A stretch of DNA of 64,000 nucleotides from Candidatus Aminicenantes bacterium (GTDB taxonomy: Bacteria > Acidobacteriota > Aminicenantia > UBA2199), in NCBI GenBank assembly GCA_018262835.1, contig JADFDP010000002.1:34873-98872 (forward strand), read 5' to 3'. The translations under genes and the position numbers were made by a program. Numbering within the stretch: the stretch's first letter is position 1; every line of letters begins with the position of its first letter. Below are positions 58,886 to 64,000 of the stretch, piece after piece. Under the pieces are notes generated by a model, which saw only the letters and a program-made list of their open reading frames with translations, was not told the DNA's origin and ran no database searches.

Positions 58886-60063
58886 CCGGAATCAAAGCGG
58901 GAGGCGACGAGCCGCATCTGCTGACCGGCGCCACGGGCTTTTTGGGGAGCCATATCATGGCCGGGCTTCTGGCTGAAGGCAAAAGGGTTGTCATCGCCGG
59001 GCGGTCCTCGAGCCGGGAACCGCTGAAGGAAAGGATCCGCAGGCTGCTCCATTGGTTCGGGATGGAATGCCGCGAAGGGCTGCTCGAATTTCATGAAATT
59101 GATTTTCTGAAGCCCAGGATGGGCCTTGGCCGGGCCGAATACGACCGTCTGCGCGGCAGGGGCTGCCCCGTCATCCACTGCGCGTCGGATACCCGTTTTA
59201 CCGAGAAGAACCGGGCCATGGTGATGAAGTCCAATGTAGAGAGTCTCGCAACGATCCTGGATTTCGCAACCGCAAGCGGGGCGCGGTGGTTTCACTTCAT
59301 CAGCTCGGCCTATGCCGCCGGTATCGACAGGTTCGCATGCCCCGAGGCGCCGGTGCATTCGCTGCGTTTCAACAATGTATACGAGGAGAGCAAGGCCCTG
59401 GCCGAGGACAGGGTGGCCGGGAAATGCCGGGAGGAAAAGATCCCGTACACCATCATCCGTCCTGCGATCGTATACGGGGATTCCTCCACGGGGAAATCGC
59501 TCAGGTTCAATGCGCTCTATTTTCCGGTCAGGTCCCTGCAGCATATACGGGATATCTATCTCGATGAAATAAAGAATCGTAACGGGATGAAGGCGGCGGA
59601 GTGCGGCATTTTCATTAATGATGAAGGTGTGCTCCATCTTCCGATCAGGATATTCATTCCGCATGAGGGCAAAATAAACCTTGTTCCCGTGAATTATTTC
59701 ACTAAGACGATTCTCGCCATACTTGAGAAACCTGAAAACGAAACGTTTTATCACATCACCAGCAACCGCCCTGAAAACATGACGAGACTGGCCTCCTATG
59801 CCGAACGGTTTCTGGAAATAACCGGCATCGAGGTGGTCATTGGCGCGGCGGGAGCGGATGCGATGAAAAATCCCCCCGAGGAACTCTTTGACTATTTCAT
59901 CAAGGCATACCGGCCCTATATTTCCGATAAAAGGGATTTTTTTAGGGAGAATACGGACCGGGCAACCGGCGGCGTTCTCCCGCCGGATTTCGGCTATGAG
60001 ATTTTCCAGAAATGCATGGCTTTTGCCGTTGCCGCTGACTGGGGCAAAAGGCTTTTTGATTGA
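58882..60063 (+). CDS. NAD(P)-dependent reductase of the thioester-reductase / fatty-acyl-reductase (NAD_binding_4) type
   Basis: LLTGATGFLGSHI Rossmann motif at the N-terminus. A YxxxK-like catalytic region (…YEESKALAE…). The size and layout are like NRPS R-domains and acyl-CoA reductases. The ATGA overlap with the upstream gene indicates translational coupling. Confidence 0.7.
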   Translation: MTGIKAGGDEPHLLTGATGFLGSHIMAGLLAEGKRVVIAGRSSSREPLKERIRRLLHWFGMECREGLLEFHEIDFLKPRMGLGRAEYDRLRGRGCPVIHCASDTRFTEKNRAMVMKSNVESLATILDFATASGARWFHFISSAYAAGIDRFACPEAPVHSLRFNNVYEESKALAEDRVAGKCREEKIPYTIIRPAIVYGDSSTGKSLRFNALYFPVRSLQHIRDIYLDEIKNRNGMKAAECGIFINDEGVLHLPIRIFIPHEGKINLVPVNYFTKTILAILEKPENETFYHITSNRPENMTRLASYAERFLEITGIEVVIGAAGADAMKNPPEELFDYFIKAYRPYISDKRDFFRENTDRATGGVLPPDFGYEIFQKCMAFAVAADWGKRLFD

Positions 60064-60129
60064 CCCGGCGCCCAAGATAAAAAATTTTCGTTGGTGGTTA
60101 TTTTTCTAAAAAATTGGTAAGATGCAGAA

Positions 60130-61230
60130 ATGCGTCCAGAAAAAATCCTCATCTGTTACAATGAGCCGGCCGGTATATATGATAACTATTCCGGCAAAAC
60201 CCAAGCCAGCGGGACGGCGATGGAAGACTCCTCCGATCCGGGACTGATGACCCAGGTCAGCGAGATCCAGAAGATCCTGCAGCAGCAGTTTCTCCAGGTC
60301 GAGTGCCTGCCCTTCAGCCGGGATTTCGCCAGGGCGCTGCGCCGTATCCTGCAGCTGGCCCCGGACATCATCCTCAATTTCGTGGAAGCGCTGGAGGGCG
60401 ACACGAATTTTGAGGGACACATCGCCGGCGCCTTTGAAATCCTGGACATCGAATTCACCGGCAACCGGGCACTGACCCTGGGCAACTGCCTGAACAAGCT
60501 CAAAACCAAGCAGATCCTGAGGGCGCTGGGCGTCCGCAGCCCCAAGTACATGCTGGCTCGGCTCAACGGCAAAATCGATGCCGCGGCACTCAAGCTGAAA
60601 TTTCCGCTGATCCTGAAATTGAACAAGGAAGACGCCAGCATCGGCATCTCCGAATCATCCGTGGTCCATGATTTCCAGGCTTTGCAGGCGCAACTGGATT
60701 TCCTGTTCGGCAATTACCGCCAGGACGTGCTGATCGAGGAGTGTCTGCCCGGGCGCGAGATCAGCGCCGCCATCCTGGGCGACCGCGTGCTGCCGCTCTC
60801 GGAGATCTCTTACGAGGGCTTGCCGGAGCATCTGCCCAGAATTGTCACCTATGAAGCCAAGTGGTCTCTGCATAGCACCTATTATAAGTATACGACCCCG
60901 GTCTGTCCGGCCGTCATCGACAGGGAGTTGCAGGCGCTGATCGAGAAAACGGCGCTGGCCGCTTTCAATGCCCTGGACTGCCGTGACTATGCCCGGGTCG
61001 ATTTCCGCCTCAGCCAGAGGAATATCCCCCATGTGGTTGACGTCAATCCCAATCCCGATCTCTCGCCCGAAGCCGGGTTCATCCGTTCGGCTTCCCATGC
61101 CGGGCTCAGTTATGAGCAGGTGCTGTTTGCCCTGGTCGATTTCGCCCTGCAGAGAAGCAGCGCCAGCGGCCGTTCAACAGCCGAAAGAAGAAAGCACCTG
61201 GAAATGTATCTGCAGGAATTGAAAGCCTGA
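60130..61230 (+). CDS. ATP-grasp ligase of the D-alanine--D-alanine ligase family
   Basis: Ddl-like N-domain (KILICYNEPAG...). The central ATP-grasp region has the ...ILKLNKEDASIGIS... and ...IEECLPGREISAAILGD... motifs. The C-terminal segment ...YARVDFRL...VVDVNPNPDLS... is the typical metal- and phosphate-binding region. Confidence 0.75.
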   Translation: MRPEKILICYNEPAGIYDNYSGKTQASGTAMEDSSDPGLMTQVSEIQKILQQQFLQVECLPFSRDFARALRRILQLAPDIILNFVEALEGDTNFEGHIAGAFEILDIEFTGNRALTLGNCLNKLKTKQILRALGVRSPKYMLARLNGKIDAAALKLKFPLILKLNKEDASIGISESSVVHDFQALQAQLDFLFGNYRQDVLIEECLPGREISAAILGDRVLPLSEISYEGLPEHLPRIVTYEAKWSLHSTYYKYTTPVCPAVIDRELQALIEKTALAAFNALDCRDYARVDFRLSQRNIPHVVDVNPNPDLSPEAGFIRSASHAGLSYEQVLFALVDFALQRSSASGRSTAERRKHLEMYLQELKA

Positions 61231-61444
61231 CCCGGCTTGCTGTCTCAACGTTCGGGCGGGAAACTACCCCGAGCGCATCGCCGCCGCAGCGCCAACTTTC
61301 AGGATTCAATCGGGAAAAACAGCTTGGCATTATATTAATTGGGATTGCCGCGGAAGATCATGCCCGGCCCTTTCCGGTTTGGCTCGCCGGTGGTCGTAGG
61401 GGTTTCGAGATTCTTTCCGCGGCATTCTGAGGCCGCAATGGCGG

Positions 61445-62749
61445 TCATGCGTTCGTGCCGAATGAGATGAGATCCGCGGTGGTCTGGGTGTCGGGATCGA
61501 AGGTAATGGTGTGGCGAAAGGCGGCGCTCGCGAAGAGGGGAAGGTACAGCAGGATGGTGACCGCGAAGCTGGCCGAGATCAGGATGCGGATGGGGATGAA
61601 CTCGGCCAGCACGCCGCCCGTAACCATGGCCAGTGGCATGAGGCCGGTGCTGAAGCTGCCGAGGATACCGAACACTTTGCCGCGCATCTCCTGGGGCACG
61701 GTAAGCTGGATGACGCTGGCCATGAATGTGTTGAGCAGCGCCGATGCCACGCCGCCCACGAAGGCCAGCAGCGCCATGAGCGGGAAGTAAAGGAAGAGAG
61801 GAAACAGGATCATGTTGAACGAGGAGATGAAACCGCAGGCCGCGAAGAGCCGGAAGCGCCTGGCGGGACGGATATGCACGAGAGAGGAAAAGAACAGGCC
61901 GGCCAGGAGACCGCCGGTGAAGCAGGCCATCACCAGACCGTAAAGGGCGGGCCCCAGGTGGCGCTGACGCTCGAAGAGCGGCAGGATCAGCATGATGCCC
62001 ATGGAAGCAAAAAAATTCACGATGGCGGCAAATGTCAGCAGGTGGCGCAGGCCGATGAAGCGCCAGACGAAGGCGAAGCCCTCCTTCATGTCGGAAAAGA
62101 AATGGGAGCGCTCCTTTTTGGCTTCGATCTTGGGAATCTTCACGAACGGGATGGCCAGGGCCGAAAATAGGTAGGAGAGGCCGTTGAAGAGAAACATGAC
62201 GGGAGCGCCCAGGACTTTGAAAAGGATGCCGCCGGCCGAATTTCCCGCCAGGCCTGACAGCGTGTAGATCATGTGAAAGACCGAATTGGCCTGAACAAGC
62301 TTGTCGCGTCTGACGATGTCGGGAAGGGAACTGGCCACTGCCGGGTTGAAGAATGCGCCGCCCAGGCCGATCACGATGGCGGCTGTAAATACCATCCAGA
62401 CCTGGACGAATTGCAACAGTGCCGCTACTCCGACCAGGGCCACGGCCAGGCCCCGGACCGTGTCCGTGAGAATCAGCAGGCGCTTGCGGTCGCCGCGGTC
62501 GACCAGCACCCCGGCGAAGGGGGAAGCCAGCACCCGCGGCAGTGAGCTGGCCGCCATCAGGGCGCCCATCAGGGCCGTGGAGCCTGTCTTGGCCAGGATC
62601 CAGAAGCCCAGGGCGATGGAATAGATGACGTCACCCAGGGCCGAGACCAACTGGCCCTGCCATAGGATGAAAAAATTGCGGTTCCAGAGCTTTCCCTTCG
62701 TCGGCTTCTGGACGGATGGATCGTTTGCCACGTTCATATTGATGCGCAC
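61445..62749 (-). CDS. MFS transporter (enterobactin-exporter-like / MFS_3 type)
   Basis: 12 predicted TM helices. N-terminal motif ...NRNFFILWQGQLVSALGD... and the loop motif GVLVDRGDRKRLL (MFS D-R-x-x-R). An alternative start at MNVAND lies 12 nt downstream. Confidence 0.8.
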   Translation of the reverse strand: MRINMNVANDPSVQKPTKGKLWNRNFFILWQGQLVSALGDVIYSIALGFWILAKTGSTALMGALMAASSLPRVLASPFAGVLVDRGDRKRLLILTDTVRGLAVALVGVAALLQFVQVWMVFTAAIVIGLGGAFFNPAVASSLPDIVRRDKLVQANSVFHMIYTLSGLAGNSAGGILFKVLGAPVMFLFNGLSYLFSALAIPFVKIPKIEAKKERSHFFSDMKEGFAFVWRFIGLRHLLTFAAIVNFFASMGIMLILPLFERQRHLGPALYGLVMACFTGGLLAGLFFSSLVHIRPARRFRLFAACGFISSFNMILFPLFLYFPLMALLAFVGGVASALLNTFMASVIQLTVPQEMRGKVFGILGSFSTGLMPLAMVTGGVLAEFIPIRILISASFAVTILLYLPLFASAAFRHTITFDPDTQTTADLISFGTNA

Positions 62750-62831
62750 TCTCGTTGGTAGCCCCGCATACTTGCTCTGGCAAATAAAATCAAGGGACCC
62801 GCGGCCGGTTTGGATTTTTCGGCCCGCCCCT

Positions 62832-63437
62832 TCACCGGCTCTCGGGAATGATGATGTCCACCGACTCGAAGCCCAGCAGGCGGAAGAATTTTTCCAGCAT
62901 CTGCCGGCCCTGCTCGGCGCTGTTCTTCAGGATGCCCTTTTCCCTGGCGTTGCGGTCGAAGATGCGCCGGGCGTCCTCGTGGAATTTTTTGCTCTCCTCG
63001 AACGTGATCTCTCCGACCTCGATGAAGGTCTCGAAGCCGCTGGGGTTGATGACCACGTCCAGGATGCGGGCCGGTGGCAGCTTGACCACGATGGACTTGT
63101 CGCGGCGGATGATCGATTTTTCGTTCAATTCCGACAGGTCGAAGCCGGATATCACTTCGCCCTTGGCGATGAAGATCAGCCGCTTGTTGGCGGTGAACAG
63201 CGGCGTGCGTATGAGCCCGGTGTCGTAGACATACTCGTCGTAGAACGTCTGGGTGAACATCTGGGCGATGTTTTTTACCTGCTGGATGATGACCGGCGTG
63301 TCTTCGATCTTGGGCGCGCCGCCGCGGAAAAGCGAGGGCAGCGAAGGCAGGAGGCCGATCTTGGCCAGCGGGCCGTAGATCAGCAGCAGGATGACCAGGA
63401 GGGCGAGTATCTGGATGACGGAAAAAATTTTTTTCAT
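62832..63437 (-). CDS. DUF4230-family membrane-anchored protein
   Basis: The start is at MKKIFSVIQILALLVILL (N-terminal TM) with the RBS ggagg. The DUF4230-like segment ...IAKGEVISGFDLSEL...IVVKLPPARIL... is present. There is an ATGA overlap with the upstream paralogue. Confidence 0.6.
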   Translation of the reverse strand: MKKIFSVIQILALLVILLLIYGPLAKIGLLPSLPSLFRGGAPKIEDTPVIIQQVKNIAQMFTQTFYDEYVYDTGLIRTPLFTANKRLIFIAKGEVISGFDLSELNEKSIIRRDKSIVVKLPPARILDVVINPSGFETFIEVGEITFEESKKFHEDARRIFDRNAREKGILKNSAEQGRQMLEKFFRLLGFESVDIIIPESR

Positions 63438-64000
63438 GTCCGTCCTCCCTTTTCCTTGAATACGACGCGCACGGTTGTGAAGCCCATTTTTTTCAACCAC
63501 GATTCTATCAGGATGCGGGCATTGCGCGCGGCTCGCTGCAGGATGTCCATGGTGGCGACCTTGGCGCGGATGTCTTTTTCCCCCTGGCTGAGCAGGCCAT
63601 CCTTTTCCTCGTTGGAGAAATCGCTGCGCAGGATGCCCGATTCGTTGAAAATCTCCCTCATTTGCTCCGGCTTCATGTTGAAAAGCAGGATCCTGGGTTG
63701 GGGCAGGGAGACGGTCACCGCCTTGTTGTCCTCCAGCCGGATGTCCTGGTCGGCTAATTCATTCAGGTCGATGCCGGCCTTGACCGTGGCCGCGGTTTCG
63801 AAAAGGATCTTGCGGTCGCCGTACCAGGCCACGTTCTTGTAAGAGACGATCTTGGTCACGCTGTATTCGACCGTGGCCAATTCGGCCAGGTCCTTGAGGG
63901 TGCGGGCGCTGAGCAGCGGCCGGGCTTGGCGCCGCGGCACGGCGATATTGACGGCCAGCAGCGCCAGGATTACGGCCGCCAAGATGAGCAGCCGCTTTAT
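63434..64000 (-). CDS. DUF4230-family protein, paralogue; N-terminus runs off the window end
   Basis: ...TVKAGIDLNELADQDIRLEDNKAVTVSLPQPRIL... parallels the downstream paralogue. The reading frame remains open to position 64000. Confidence 0.55.
   Translation of the reverse strand: MKRLLILAAVILALLAVNIAVPRRQARPLLSARTLKDLAELATVEYSVTKIVSYKNVAWYGDRKILFETAATVKAGIDLNELADQDIRLEDNKAVTVSLPQPRILLFNMKPEQMREIFNESGILRSDFSNEEKDGLLSQGEKDIRAKVATMDILQRAARNARILIESWLKKMGFTTVRVVFKEKGGRT

Noticed and set aside
62625-63842. 405-aa plus-strand ORF
   Set aside because: It is antisense to the two DUF4230 genes, which have RBS-supported starts and N-terminal TM helices.
1-64000. CRISPR arrays, transposases, integrases, phage genes, toxin-antitoxin pairs, rRNA/tRNA genes
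   Set aside because: I looked for regularly spaced identical repeats of 25-40 nt, DDE/tyrosine-recombinase motifs and small gene pairs. None was found. The only repeats are the irregular intergenic elements described above.

Overview
This window is a 64-kb stretch of a GC-rich (about 55-60% overall, with visible local variation) bacterial chromosome. The organism is probably a diderm: several beta-barrel outer-membrane proteins and a Pst-linked porin are present. Almost all of it is densely packed housekeeping genes. The recognisable genes are nadC' (5'-truncated by the window) and nadB, lepA, a ROK sugar kinase, tatA, a cytoplasmic hybrid histidine kinase, a DASS transporter, two GT4 glycosyltransferases, the long minus-strand run DUF1844 / TPR-membrane / DUF4388 / ribF / tig / clpP / clpX / lon / engB / rho, mazG, a DUF151 nuclease, an SDR, pepA, thiL, a second lon, hsp20, nrdR, and a complete pstS-pstC-pstA-pstB-phoU-phoB-phoR operon preceded by a porin and facing an arsC. 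I found no rRNA, tRNA, CRISPR array, transposase or phage genes. The observations most worth a second look are these: (1) a 6-kb plus-strand operon at 54.7-61.2 kb that looks like an undescribed small-molecule or lipid modification cluster, controlled from a region with three copies of a 15-bp palindrome and a roughly 130-bp AT-rich tract; (2) a histidine kinase translationally coupled to two family-5 solute-binding proteins with no ABC transporter partners; (3) a family of long intergenic elements bounded by inverted repeats, including a 175-nt element closed by a perfect 12-bp stem; (4) a GC-rich segment carrying a 731-aa secreted protein I cannot place in any family. All feature calls come from reading the six-frame translations and the DNA directly. 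Nothing was searched against databases, and domain names are from memory of family signatures.
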